A DNA stretch of 64,000 nucleotides from Octopus vulgaris (Eukaryota). The first letter of the stretch is position 1. Each line of letters opens with the position of its first letter. The DNA lies in NCBI GenBank assembly GCA_951406725.2, contig OX597825.1:8184001-8248000 (forward strand). Reading direction: 5' to 3'. The notes beneath the pieces were generated by a model that searched no databases, was not told the origin of the DNA, and saw only the letters and a program-made list of their open reading frames with translations. The position numbers were made by a program, and so were the translations under genes. This document shows positions 42,040-55,915 of the stretch, piece after piece.

Positions 42040-43030
42040 TAGGAGTGATGGGAAGTAATGTAACTGAATTTTGGGAAGTTCAATGGCGATTATATTGTTC
42101 CTTACAAGAAAAGGTGGAGGCAATTCTTGTAGATATTTTGATTGCGACAGTGTCTGTTGGTAGACGGAATATGTTTAAACACACCTATACCATCTCTACA
42201 TCAGATGCCCCACGCAAAAGAATATATCGAATTCCTGCTTACGAGCAGATTCGAAAGTATTTGGAAATAAATTATAAAAGGGTCACCTCTAATGACATTC
42301 GTGAAGGATTGAGGTTTTAGGGCGACCGTTATTTTGTAGCACAATATGGACATACCGCCAGAGTTAACTGAACTCTCGGTTTGTGAATGGGCATTAGTAA
42401 ATCAACGCGATCAGAATGCTCCACCAGGACTATTGTTTGCAAAGAGTTGGGAAAATAAAGACTTAAAGCTCAATATTTATATCCGAAGCACCAATTGCTA
42501 TATTTGTGGCAGGTTAAAGTATTTACGATTTTTTGATTGGGAAGGATTTAAAGCTCACATCAACAGAAATGTTAACAAATCCTAGTGGTTGATATTATTC
42601 AGCTGTAACCCGGAACAATCAGCTTTTATATTATTCCCAGGAGTTAATGCCCGAAACAATCCCTCTGAGTCTCAAACAGCGGAGATAATGTGAATTATCT
42701 TCAGCAACAAGAAGAATGCAGAAATCAAATCACCAGTATGCCCTGACACAGATCATCCCCAACAATTCCACTTATGAACACGGGGAAAAGATGGTGGCCA
42801 CTAAAAGGCGTAGGAAATTTCGATTAAAGAACGTTTTGTCAGAAGTGTGCACATTATTGGTGCGGAAAAACCTTCCACATATATAGGAAGTCGAGGCGTG
42901 CGTCGATTACACCAACTTTAACATTGATGATGCAAGGGATAAAATAGTGGGGATACAGAAGGTGGATATAAACAGAATCCTGTTCGACCGAGATCTCAGC
43001 GGAAGCAACATTAAAACAAGCGAGAAAAGT
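42040..43030 (+). mobile_element. Gypsy LTR-retrotransposon pol remnant
   Basis: KHTYTISTSDAPRKRIYRIP (pre-RT linker H.I.T.DA.P...YR.P) and G(V)RNF..NVLSEVCTLL (integrase core QGRNFES..F.EVC.LLG). Large deletions. Confidence 0.5.
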
Positions 43031-43396
43031 TGCATCATCTATTTTTCAAGATTCTTTTGAAAATGATGACGAGGTTTGAGATGATGCAATAATTCCAAGT
43101 AAATTTGTTGTAAGGAGGATTACAGAGACAAGGATAAGGAATAAGTTTGCTCCGAACACGCACCTGTTATTTGGGGAAGAGTATGTCGAAAGCGGCAAAC
43201 GTGTCCTAGTGTTCAAGTGTGGTGGACTACTCCTGAGCAGTGGTTGGATATCACCCTCTTTTGCTGAATTATCCATCGTTAGAATTTTCCGGTTACCTAA
43301 TTATTTTTGTTATAAATCATTGTAAACACAGAAACTCCTCTACGTAATGTTTTCATCTGCCGCATCACTCTCTTTTGTAAGTTTTACATAGGCCTA

Positions 43397-43397
<1 letters not shown>

Positions 43398-43460
<63 letters not shown>

Positions 43461-43463
43461 ATT
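43398..43463. repeat. (ATT)n microsatellite
   Basis: Seen directly. Confidence 0.95.
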
Positions 43464-46095
43464 AAGTACATGTTTTATTCTATTCTTCTATAATGATAAA
43501 GAAACTTAACCATATTACCTACTTAGGGAATATTCGGTTTTTGCATAAAACCGTAGAATTAAGCATCTTCTGTCATATTTAATGACGTGATACGAACATG
43601 ACACCATATGAACATGATTCTCAGATCTGAATACAACGCTCGCTGACATTTATAGATAATACACGTCAGTCAAATAGCAAGTAACAAAACATAGTAATTA
43701 CATACAATACGTAATTTATCTAAACGAAGCATTATGTAATATATATAAGCCTGACTGTGCATATCGAGCAATGGAGAGATAAACAAAAGGTTGTAATGCA
43801 AGCATGGAAATTAATCTAAATTCGAGTAGACACATAAAAGAAAATGTGTTCTTGAGCCGAAACTTATATGTGGATTTTGTGAACAACCTCCCTAACTCGT
43901 GTGGGCTATGAACAACCTCCCTAGCCTACGTATCGGGTATGAAAAATATCTCGTTTGAGCTTTATCATAATTAGAGAATCTCTCAGAATGTCTAGCATGA
44001 TCGTCAAAAGTATATCCATTAAAATCTAACAAAGGAATATGTAAACTTAGATATATACTGTAAAAATAGAAAATTTAAACAAAGTCAATGTCGAACAAAC
44101 TGTGCCATCCAGGATGTTACACAATAAATTGCGGGAAATAATTTGTCAAAAGAAGATAATACTAGATAAACTGTTTCAATAATAAGAACGTATTTCCTTT
44201 GGAACTACAGACTTCGTATAATAAGGAGAATCCGATTGATATATCAATGTAAACAACATAGCAGTGGAAATCCTAGTAACTGTGAAAAATTTGATTCGTA
44301 TGAGAGACTACATGGAGACAAGATCAAAATAATTATTATGAAATAACACAGTAGTGTAAATATTAGATTCATACACATTCTTTTACATGAATGACCGATA
44401 TTTCATTGTCATAAGAAAGACTGAAAAAGAAAATGCATCCTTTGAAATTGATGGATTCTATATACTCTTCTAAAAGTGCATATGATTTTAAACAGACTTC
44501 TTGCCATGGAACATCTGAGAAGCCAAAATATTGGAAGCTTACTAAAATTATAGGAATCCCATGCATCTGTTTTTTTTTTCAAATAGTCAAGAAGCTCTCA
44601 GGGAGTTTAATATAGAAATATTTTTCGTAGGATTAGCAAATGCTTTGTAAGTTGATGCAAAGAAAGAAAGGAACACAAATAGTAATCCTGTAAGACATTT
44701 TCACAAGGCAGAATTTCCTGGAAACAGTTGCTATACTAAATGTAAGTACACAGAGCTATCTACGTATTTCAGTTCCTAATCTATTAACGTTCTATGTAGA
44801 CAAAACAAACATATTATATGAATTTCCTCCAAGCTGTAATTACCTCCATGCTTAATGAAATGTTCCACCTCATAAAACGTTTCATTAATAAGTCACAGGT
44901 TATGCCATGCTGATGATTTCTATTATGAATAAAATACTGCTATACGGCTTCAAGAATGAATTGAAATTCAAGAACTTTTTATCAAGTAAGTAAAACTGAT
45001 AAATATGTGAAATCTCTGCATCTTTTTCCTTCAAGTCATAAATTTCAAATTAGAATCTCCAATCCTGCTTTGAGTTATTCAGAAATGATTATCTCGTTGA
45101 TAGTAATTGTGACCGTTAGAGGGCACCGTTTATTTTTGATAATACTCTTTAAAATAATTGCAAAATTCTAAAAGTTATTCATTATAGCGAAAAGTTCGTT
45201 TTAATTTACACCATAAAACCAAAGTTCTTTGGCTGATTCGCACCAGACTTACATGTACCTCAATCAAAATAAATATGTCAAAACCAATATTAAACATTAC
45301 ACATTTATTCTAAATATACTTAAATCAACTTACAGACAACAAAATATTTCAGGTCACAAAAGTGTTCTTTTACTGACATTCATATTTTCACAACAAATCA
45401 TTAAATTTCAGAATAAAAATCAAACTCTGTATTTCATTACAATCAGTGATGTCAATTTAAGTAGCTTCATAATAGTTATTTTATTAAGTCATTGGTGATT
45501 AATTTCAATATTGATTTTGAAATGCCTATTTTCGTTCTGCTATTCGTTGTTTTGTTAGTAACAAATGAGGAATGGTATTATGTGCCGAATATGAATCAGC
45601 AATTTGCATTATTGTAGTATAAGCAGTAATTTGGTATATTGAAATTAAAATTGTCTTACGTAGGCAGTATGGCGATTTTATAGGATATGTGTTACGTGAA
45701 GGGAATGCAGTGCTTTAGATTTGTGCCAGACTATATTTTTGGTTTTACTTCGATTTTTGTATTTTAAAAAAGACATATGACAACTACACCAGTTACCAAC
45801 ATTGTATCTATAATAAGCTGTAATATCCTATAATGATGATGAGGAAGAATCAACAAGGCTGGAACAGTCCATTCAGATGAATGTTGCCTCTTGCTATGGT
45901 TTAAATGAATGCGTTCTTTTTCACTCTTGGTATAAAATCTCTGTTATTTTCCCGTGGCCAAATGTATGAAGGACAAAATTTTAAAAAATTTGTGTTTGTG
46001 CTCGTGACGATTTAGGAAACAACACGATTGCGATAACATGGTGCCTGAGAAGATACAATGTCTTTAGAAAGATGCTAAGATACCAGTGAGGGATG

Positions 46096-46320
46096 AAAGT
46101 AAAGGTAATGTTAAAGGTAAAGGTAAAGGTAAAGTTAACTTCTTGAGTCATGCCAAATTATAAGGACTGGTTTCCTGGTTTCCATGGCGTAGGAATTCAA
46201 TACGTGGACGCTAAACAGACTGGTGCAACGTAAAATGGATTGCTTTGCTCAAGAATACAACGCGTCATCACCCCCCGGCCCAAGAATCAAAACCACTATC
46301 TTACGATCATATGTCTCCAC
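46096..46320 (-). mobile_element. Decayed SINE with (ACCTTT)n tail
   Basis: (aaaggt)n run at 46096-46135. Minus-strand head gatcgtaagatagtggttttgattcttggg (B-box-like) and ttcttgagcaaagca (CORE-like). Confidence 0.6.
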
Positions 46321-46329
46321 TAATGATGG

Positions 46330-46790
46330 ATAAGGGTATCGTATCTTTATTCTCTACACAGTGAGATGTAATATAAGCTGTTCTTCAAGAATTCCTCGGG
46401 CGTTTCTACAATATGTACAAATTCTTAAAGAAGCCAGTTCGTTATCCTGTTGAACATAGTGAATATCTTAACTGTTATCAAAGCGGAAGCACTAAGGAAT
46501 GTGCCTGATCTTCATAGTATACTCTAGAATGTCTCTATATAAATATGGACTAAAGTATTTGAAATTTAGACTTATCCAGGGAAATTTTTATACGTTAAAC
46601 ATCCGCAATATTACGAGCTTGCACGTAGAATCATCGTATCCCGCCAAGTTTAAACGGTTCATTGTAGATCACATCTCGATCTTAAAGACGCAGAAACCCA
46701 TCGATGGCATGTTAATTTCTAGCATCATTTTCAGTCTATTGACCACTCTGTACGATTGGACCAATAGCTGATCAAAAGCAGTATATAACT
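46330..46790 (-). mobile_element. Gypsy RNase H / linker remnant
   Basis: Minus strand gives Q.TENDA, RWV(L)RL..DVIY, NIAD and ITVKDIHYVQQDNELASLRIC, in the order of YSQTEKEAL..RWVLRLQ..NxADALSR..DxEL. Confidence 0.4.
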
Positions 46791-47431
46791 GATTGGAATC
46801 GAGTAACAAGCCCCTCTCCTGATCCATTCTAACCGAAGCCTGGGTCTGTTACCAATTTGCAACTCTTTCACGAAGACCATCTAACGCCTTTCATTCCTTC
46901 ATGCTTTAGAACACGCGCTCTAATTCCGACAATGCTTAAATTGAAAAATCCGCAAACAAACAATCTCACCACTGCCTTTACATTGCGTTTATTCTGAGTT
47001 AGTTACTAGATCTCATCTATTCCAAAATTTCCTATCAGAATTTATTGATTATTTTCCATAAACATTTTTGGAGAAATTCATTTCACCTCCGAGTAATATT
47101 ATCTGTCATTGGCTGAGGTTCTTCAGTCATAGACTGCTGGTGACTAAATAAGGCTGGTACAGGTTCTCATACGGTTGCCCAACGAATTGCTGGCCAAGGT
47201 CTTGCTCGTTTTCTGTGCACTGCTGTTGCACTTCCGATTCCAAGCTATATAGTATCGGGAAAAAAGATGCGATAGACAGGGTTAGTTGCAATATTCTTAA
47301 TTATATCAACATTTAACGAAATTTAACCAACGAACACAGGATTGTAAAAATAAAATAGCCTTGGAGGAATAAAATCAGTGAGCGTGTACACGTATACAGG
47401 GAAACGTACATGGATACATACATTGTATACA

Positions 47432-47572
<141 letters not shown>

Positions 47573-47596
47573 TATACATATTATATATATATATGC

Positions 47597-48392
<796 letters not shown>

Positions 48393-48781
48393 ATATGTAT
48401 GTATGTTTGTAAATATGTATGTATTTATATATTAGACAGAGAGAGGGGGTAATGAGAATGAAAGAGAAATAGAAAGTGGCATCGGATGTAGCATTGAATG
48501 AATAAATCTCATTTTGTAGTGGACTATGTATTGACTATAATTGCTATATACAAAACGTAGTGCAAACCTTCAGACTTACATACACTATTTTGAAGAAGTC
48601 ATGATCATGGCAGACTACATACACACAATCACATGCAAACACATATAAACACACATGTATACATCATATATATGTATATATATATATACTATACTATATA
48701 TATATAGATACATAAATAAATATATATATATATACACAGGTGCATGTATTTATATACATATATATAGTAATACCTAAATAC

Positions 48782-48820
<39 letters not shown>

Positions 48821-49691
48821 TAGGTATTAGTATATATACATATATAAGTGTATGCACTTGTGTTTATATAGATATCCATATGTATATATATATGTATATA
48901 TATATAGATATATGTATGTATGTATGTATTTAGGTATTACTATATATATGTGTATAAGTGTATGCACTTGTGTATATATGGATACCCATATGTATTTACG
49001 AATGTATATACATATATATATGTGTGTGTGTGTATATATATATATACATATATATATTTATGTAACTATATATATAGTATGTACATACGCATACACACAA
49101 ATATTGCATTGCAATATTTTAAATATATTTAATGTCTAATGGTATACTTTTGACTATGATACGCAAATATTCTTTAGATCATGCAAGCGTTATATTATTT
49201 TTCTTTACTCAAATATTCTATTTCATTTCTTTCTTACTTGTCGACCTTGTTTAAATCTCTCTACAATCTTTCTGGATTTCCTTAGATGTAAAGTATTTTT
49301 ATGTGTAGCTTTTTTTTTAATGTTGTTCGCACGATCGTTCGCAACTGTCTATATCTCAAAGGGAAAAAATAATCTTTTTTTATTTTTCTGGTCACTTTCT
49401 CTTATTTGTTTCTTACATTTCTGTTCGTTTCTACTTTCTCCCCTGTATTCTCCTATTTTTCATCAAGTACTAACTGTCTTCTGAATGATACAATAGATAA
49501 CAAATATGACTTCCACGACGGAGTTATTGTATATATCAAGATATTTACGTCTGCTAGCTTGCTTTAAAAAGTTTTGTTCTTAGTCATTAAAACTGGTGAG
49601 CCACAGAGATCCTCTTGTTATTTTTCTGTTTTATAGTTGAGTCCTTAATGAACTGGCGTATTGAGACATATGATGATATTTTATGTGCGTA

Positions 49692-49760
49692 AGGCGGTGA
49701 GCTGGCTGAACCGTTGGCATGCCGGGCGAAATGCGTAGCCGTATTTCGTCTGCCGTTACA
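49692..49760 (+). mobile_element. SINE family A 5' head fragment
   Basis: aggcggtgagctggctgaaccgttggcatgccgggcgaaatgcgtagccgtatttcgtctgccgttac matches 14298-14367. Confidence 0.85.
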
Positions 49761-50172
49761 CGCGCACACACATAAGGATATACATATTGAAAGGGGTCGT
49801 GGGAAAACTTGGGAAACAATTTTGGGAACCACTGTGAAAATTTGCAAACCACTGACTTAAATGTTTGTCATCCCCCCTTGTAGTGGGATTAATTTCTGAT
49901 AATGATTAGTCATTAATATCTTTAAGCATATTCTATAATTCCATAAGTTGAAGGTAGATGTTAACATGCTCAATATCACCTTTCAGTTCAAGGAAATTAG
50001 CGGTGGGTGTCGGGGTAAATTTTAAACCTTTCTGTAGATTTATCTCAATTTTGTTCAGGTTCCCATTTGACAAATAGAAATTTAATTCTGTCATTCAAGC
50101 AAGCAAGAGAAATGAAAATAAAAATCTGTCTTTTGCTGCTTCTTCATTCAAACTGCATTGAGCTTCATCAGT

Positions 50173-50225
<53 letters not shown>

Positions 50226-51134
50226 AAACAAGTCAAAATAGAAAATGCTAAAATAATTTTATAAAGAAATACAGTTCTGTGACGGTTAAAAAAAAACAGT
50301 TGACAGCTATCAAATAATTAGAACTTCTGTCACAAACAATCTTCTGCATCTACATTGGAATGATGAACCATATCAGTAATAAGTGAGTTCCCTGAATAAG
50401 AATAATCTGCTCTTAATTAAACCTGATGCGTTTTTATAAGACAGAAAGCCTACATTCATAGCCATTCACCGTAATCTCTTCCCCCTTTTATTTTTTCCCA
50501 TTCTTTAAAAGTTTCCTATATATTCATCACTTGTGTAAAAGGCTTATGTCTTTTTCTGAGAATCTATCTCGTACATGCCACAAACCAACTGTTATATATG
50601 CAACTGATCAACAAAATATAGGTCCTTTTAGGATGAAATTTTCTTCTGACCTTTATAGGAACTTACGTTTGTTGTGTCATTTTTGAGTTTTAATTTCATT
50701 TTTATCTTAGCTATTAATATTCACAATTGTTCGCGCAGTGTTTCGCTGTTGTAAATGCTTATGTATTTGCATTAATAGTAAATAATATGTTACATCTCCT
50801 CTCATGGAAAGACAATTCTACTACACATAAATGTAAGCCGAATTGCTGTTTTATTTACGATTTACTTAAAACTTGAGAATTACTTTAAATAAAACACATC
50901 TGACTTTGAAGAAGAAAAGCAACTTAAAATATATGGCAAAGAGATTTTTGTAGATCACTAAAAAAAAATTTTCTTGTCTCACTATCATACTTTCAACACG
51001 TACATATACATATTTACATCCTTATACTTAGATACATACATACACATGCACAGTGATAAGGGAATGAAATGAACCGTAACTAATATGTACGTCCTCTGAT
51101 TATTCATGGGTGGTGATTCTATGATTTTCCCTTC

Positions 51135-51522
51135 AAGACTGCACGCACATCTGCGATGCTTTTCTCAGCTCTGCTGCTTTCGGGTCTACCAGAACTTTCG
51201 TCAACATCGACATCTTTCGGCCATCTAGGAAAGGTCTGAAACACTCGTACACTCGCGTACAGCTCATACCACTCTTCCCTAAACACTTTCTGCAACTTTG
51301 TATTGGCACCCGAGCAGGTAGTGCCATGACAACTTTCTCTTCCATGGTCTGTGCGACAATCACATGCTACACACCTTCCTCTCGAGCTAGTGAGCTATAA
51401 CGTCAAAACTTTGTACGCAAGGATTGCAGAGTTTAAGGTCAATATTTGCCAAGCAGCTTCACTCTGTGTGCTTTAGCTTCGGTACTACGGCAACAGTCTG
51501 GATACTTATTGATCCGACCTCG
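51135..51522 (-). mobile_element. mariner 5' end: TIR plus N-terminal HTH remnant
   Basis: Minus strand TA|cgaggtcggatcaataagtatccagactg (mariner-type TIR), then MSCTRVYECFRPFLDGRK...SGRP (cf. MSRTQVYEWFxRFxxGR...RSGRP). Confidence 0.8.
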
Positions 51523-53025
51523 TACATGTGACGCTATGCATATAAATGTGCATATGCTTGTATTTACGCAAGCATCAGATGTACGTTAATATATTTTCTG
51601 CAGCATATTTCTGCGTGAATGTGGGTGTAATGACAATTCCAAAGACAAACACACGGTAAATATCCAGGATAAAATGTTTAATGTAATCACAGGAAAACCC
51701 TTACATTATAGAATGCCGAAAAGCATGTCACTAATAGAAACACACGTTCCAGACACACAGTTTAAACAATGAGGAATAACGGCAGCAACAGAAGCTGAAG
51801 AATGCCTAAAGAATCCCTGAATGATAAATGCTAAATTGAACAAAATTCTTCCCAATCCCTGCCTAAACGTGTCTGGATGCAGGTCAACGTATTACATGAT
51901 CCAAAACACACAAACTAATTCTAAACCTGAAATATCCAGAAAAAAAATTATCTTTTCGATAAGCTAACACTTTGGACTCTTGGGGGCGACAAATAGCTTT
52001 GCAACATTTGTCCAACTAACTATGGATTCCAGCACGAATAGCACAAAATATAATTAGAGCCGCTCAAATAACAAGCAGCTCAAACAAATTATAAATAGAC
52101 TCGCATCGGGAAACCTCGAAGCTCAAAGACAATTAGTTTCAACAGCAACAATTCCAACCGCATGCATTGACTGTAATTTCCTTAAAACGAAGTAATCGAT
52201 GAACTAACAATCAGCAAAGGGATATTGCAACAATGACTGTATCGAGGCAACATGTGGGCCGTTTAAATTCACAGACTCATTCTAGGCACACTTCTCTTGC
52301 AATATTTATAGAAGGAACATATAATCTCCATCAAAGCACATTTGGAACCTGGGGGGAAAATAAAGAATATTAAGAAAAAATTTCAGCAATAATACAGACA
52401 GAAACCATTAAATAAATGGCTGCTGAACATGCCATATCTAGGAAAAGATACAGTGTAGTTACGAAAAAATGTGCAAACTGAATAAACGAAATAAGATGGC
52501 GTTATATAGAGAGCAGAATAAACTCATTTTTCAAAACTTCCACTCATTTAGAAGCATGTGCGATATCCGATCGCTCATTATTAACGGGAAAACACTAATG
52601 ACTCGAGGAAATATGATATCAAGTACATTCCTGTAAAGACGTAAGTGATAATTGAGATATATCTGTTATAAATTACACATGGATATCACATAGTCAACAT
52701 AAAAACCGCACTTTTGTGTCACCACGGACATGTGGGCATGCAAAGAATCTAGAACGGCTGTTTTAATGAAAATGTATCAGCAAGTAAATACATAGCAACG
52801 AACAAGTTGACCAACAAAAGAGATAAGCAGATAAATGAGTGTTAGTAAAATGGTCAAGCAGAGGAAAGGAGAGAGAGAGAGAGAGGAGGGGAGAGAAGGA
52901 TAGGATGAAGGAGGCATTCATATATTTTGTTAACGCTTAATGACATTAAATAAAATAATTAAAATCTCATAAGCTGGATAGAAAAGCGAAGCCGAGAAAT
53001 AAAGGAGAACAATAAGCCAATGTTA

Positions 53026-53130
53026 GAAAACAATGGGAAACCATTGCGCTATCTCCACAAAAAATAATGGCAGACCATTGCGCTATCTTCACAAAACAAT
53101 GGCAAAACGTTGCGCTATCTTCATAAAACA
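53026..53130. repeat. 3 x ~33-bp tandem repeat (aaaacaatggcaRaccattgcgctatcttcac)
   Basis: Seen directly; no spacers between units. Confidence 0.9.
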
Positions 53131-53407
53131 ACAAATGTAAACTGGTCACCGGAGCAGAAAACTATCCAAAAAATAATAAAAAGCCTACAGTGCAATGTTT
53201 TGTAACAAGCATGGAAAGCTGAATAAAAAAATAAACGTGCTTCATATCAAAGAATAATTCGTCTTCATTACACAAGCTCTGTAACTGAAATTCTTCGAAT
53301 ATTAACTCATTTCTTATACGAGGTGACTATTTTACAAGATCTTATTAGATATACATTATTTACATTATTTACAATTGACGGATATTTGTCCTTACTTTGT
53401 TTGTTGT

Positions 53408-53456
53408 TAACAACGTTTCGGCTGATATACGCTCCGAACCTTCATCAGGTCTCTTG
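53408..53456 (-). ncRNA. Minimal type I hammerhead ribozyme motif (core intact, stems partly mutated)
   Basis: Minus strand GAGAC-CUGAUGA-A-GGuucggagcguauaucagCC-GAA-ACGU-U-GUU. Confidence 0.65.
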
Positions 53457-53590
53457 GGCTTAGTAGCCCGCACTCTTAACCACTACGCCATATGCTATTC
53501 CGAGTTCGATTCCAGGAAGTGACCTAAATAATAATAATAATAATAATAATAACAATAATAATAATAATGATGATGATAAAAAAATATAAG

Positions 53591-53642
<52 letters not shown>

Positions 53643-53657
53643 TAATAATAGTGATAA

Positions 53658-53695
<38 letters not shown>

Positions 53696-53703
53696 TCAAC
53701 AAC

Positions 53704-53760
<57 letters not shown>

Positions 53761-53809
53761 CATCGAAAGATACCTTGAGATTGAGAACCCAGGTTCGAAA
53801 TTTCTCCAA

Positions 53810-53854
53810 GACACCTGATGAAGGCTGGAGGGTATATCAGCCAAAACATTGTGT
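53810..53854 (+). ncRNA. Minimal type I hammerhead ribozyme motif (G12>A, likely inactive copy)
   Basis: GACAC-CUGAUGA-A-GGCUG-gaggguauau-CAGCC-aAA-ACaU-U-GUGUU. Stem I GACAC/GUGUU, stem II GGCUG/CAGCC. Confidence 0.7.
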
Positions 53855-54265
53855 TAACAACAAAGAAGATGAGGACAAATATCCGTCAAATGTAAATAAC
53901 GTACATAATTGATCATCTCTTAGATATAGAACTTATTAAATATATTTCAATTACTGAGGCATTTATATAGAGCTCGGTCGTGAAATATCAGTTGCTTGTA
54001 CTTTTGTATTAATCCAAGTTTTCTCCCCGATGCAGCAAACCTGTATTCAAAGAACTTTCTACTTTGAAACGAATAATTTCTTGGAATTACATTACCCATT
54101 GTATTTTTGGATACATTTGCCTGTTCTCTCAAGAATCTTCCTTTCGCTTCGTTATATTGTTAATGGTAACGTAATGTGGTTATGTTTCACGTACATAAAT
54201 TATAGATTAAGTTAATGGCGAAAGTGTTACTTCTAGTGTGGATTATACATACATACATACATACA

Positions 54266-54341
<76 letters not shown>

Positions 54342-55042
54342 GAGAGAGAAAGAGATACATACATACATGGAGAGATGGATATGTGCATGTGTATGCATTG
54401 TGTATGTGTGAGTATCAAACCTGTTTATACTCCTCCCAGTTTAACTGATATTTTACTGATAAATGTTTGATGTCATTTCTTCGATTTAATCCTCCGGAGC
54501 TTTTCAATCGTCATAATGACTTTCATAGACGTTGAAAAACGCACAAGGTTAACATCTGGGATCATTTTTGAAAGGAACGGATTAATCAAAGACTAATCTT
54601 ATTGTTGATAAAAAAAAAACAGAATGAAAGTGTATCTATTTACAACGTTATTAAGGAAAAATTTGCACAAATTATTATCTGTAATGAAATTAAATTTAAA
54701 GAAAATTTTATTATACGATTAAACATAGTAAAAATATAGCAGAAACTTGAACTTGTTAACTTGAACATTGAGTCGTTTGACATAGAAAATAGAATTATTG
54801 TAACTCATGAAAACGGAAACTTCCACAATAAATTAATTCAGAACACATCCAATGAATGTTGAATTTGATGCCGAATTTGAAACAAAATAATCGTAGAATG
54901 CAATGCGTTTCTCTTTTGTTTTCCCGCTCTGATGCTTCATGCAGACATGCCACGCACATACATACGAGTACAATCACTCACTCACACGCATGTATACATA
55001 CATATACACACATATCTGCATACATATGTGTGTGTATGCGTG

Positions 55043-55095
<53 letters not shown>

Positions 55096-55676
55096 GTACA
55101 TACACTGCTATACAGAAACATATACGGTCGAATTGTACACGTAAGTCACAAGAGAAATACAGTAGGTTTTGCAGCTTTTATTTGCTCATTTCCTTGATGT
55201 GGAATCTTCATTCCGCCGCCAAGAACGTTGTAGTAGGAGTAACAGCAGGAACATTTAGCCTTAAGCAATTATGCTATAATTTATACTATTAGACAGAATA
55301 CACGTAAAGTTCGATTAATGAAAATATGAAATTTCTTCAAAAGTAAAACGTTTACATCCGCTCACACGCACATTCACACCGGCTTGCATGACTGCACACA
55401 TCACGCGTGGTTATCTTTGAACATACCGAATGAAACATCAGATAAGCATCATTATTCAGTTTTGTATTTCCAGTAAAAATACTCTGTTGAAGGAACTTCC
55501 TGAATGTTACGTTAGCACGAGCTGATAAGGCTTAAATATATCTAAATAAACGAACCGTTTCTCTAGCAATGAACATGTAATATGTGCATATGTGCGTATT
55601 TATCAGTTCAAAAGTATCCCACAAAATATCCGTATTGAATTAAAATGGGTCTACACACATTCCCAAACATTCCTAC

Positions 55677-55915
55677 TTACCTACCTACATACATACATGC
55701 ATGCATACATACATACATACATACATAAATACATACATAATACATACATACATACATAAATACATACATATATACATGCATAAATACATACATACATACA
55801 TACATACATACATACATACATACATACATAATACATACATACATACATACATACATACATGCATACAGAAGCGTATAATTCATATACATGCATGCTTACA
55901 TACACATGCACACAC
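55677..55915. repeat. (TACA)n degenerate microsatellite
   Basis: Seen directly. Confidence 0.95.

Larger units (their letters stand above)
53354..53931 (+). mobile_element. tRNA-headed, (AAT)n-bodied, hammerhead-ribozyme-bearing non-autonomous retroelement with inverted 5' segment
   Basis: TSD cttattaRatata at 53341-53353 and 53932-53944. The minus segment 53354-53496 carries an A-box (tggcgtagtgg) and a hammerhead motif. The plus segment 53497-53931 carries a B-box (gagttcgattcc), (AAT/AAC)n and a hammerhead motif. Confidence 0.85.

Noticed and set aside
43046-43276. 76-aa minus-strand ORF with a hydrophobic segment (membrane-protein-like)
   Set aside because: It stops early, matches no family I recognise, and lies antisense at the end of a Gypsy remnant.
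51626-51896. TGTAAT...ATTACA segment as a solo LTR
   Set aside because: No target-site duplication and no second copy in the window.
53026-53130. 33-bp repeats resembling a CRISPR array
   Set aside because: Units are contiguous with no unique spacers, there are no cas genes, and the context is eukaryotic.
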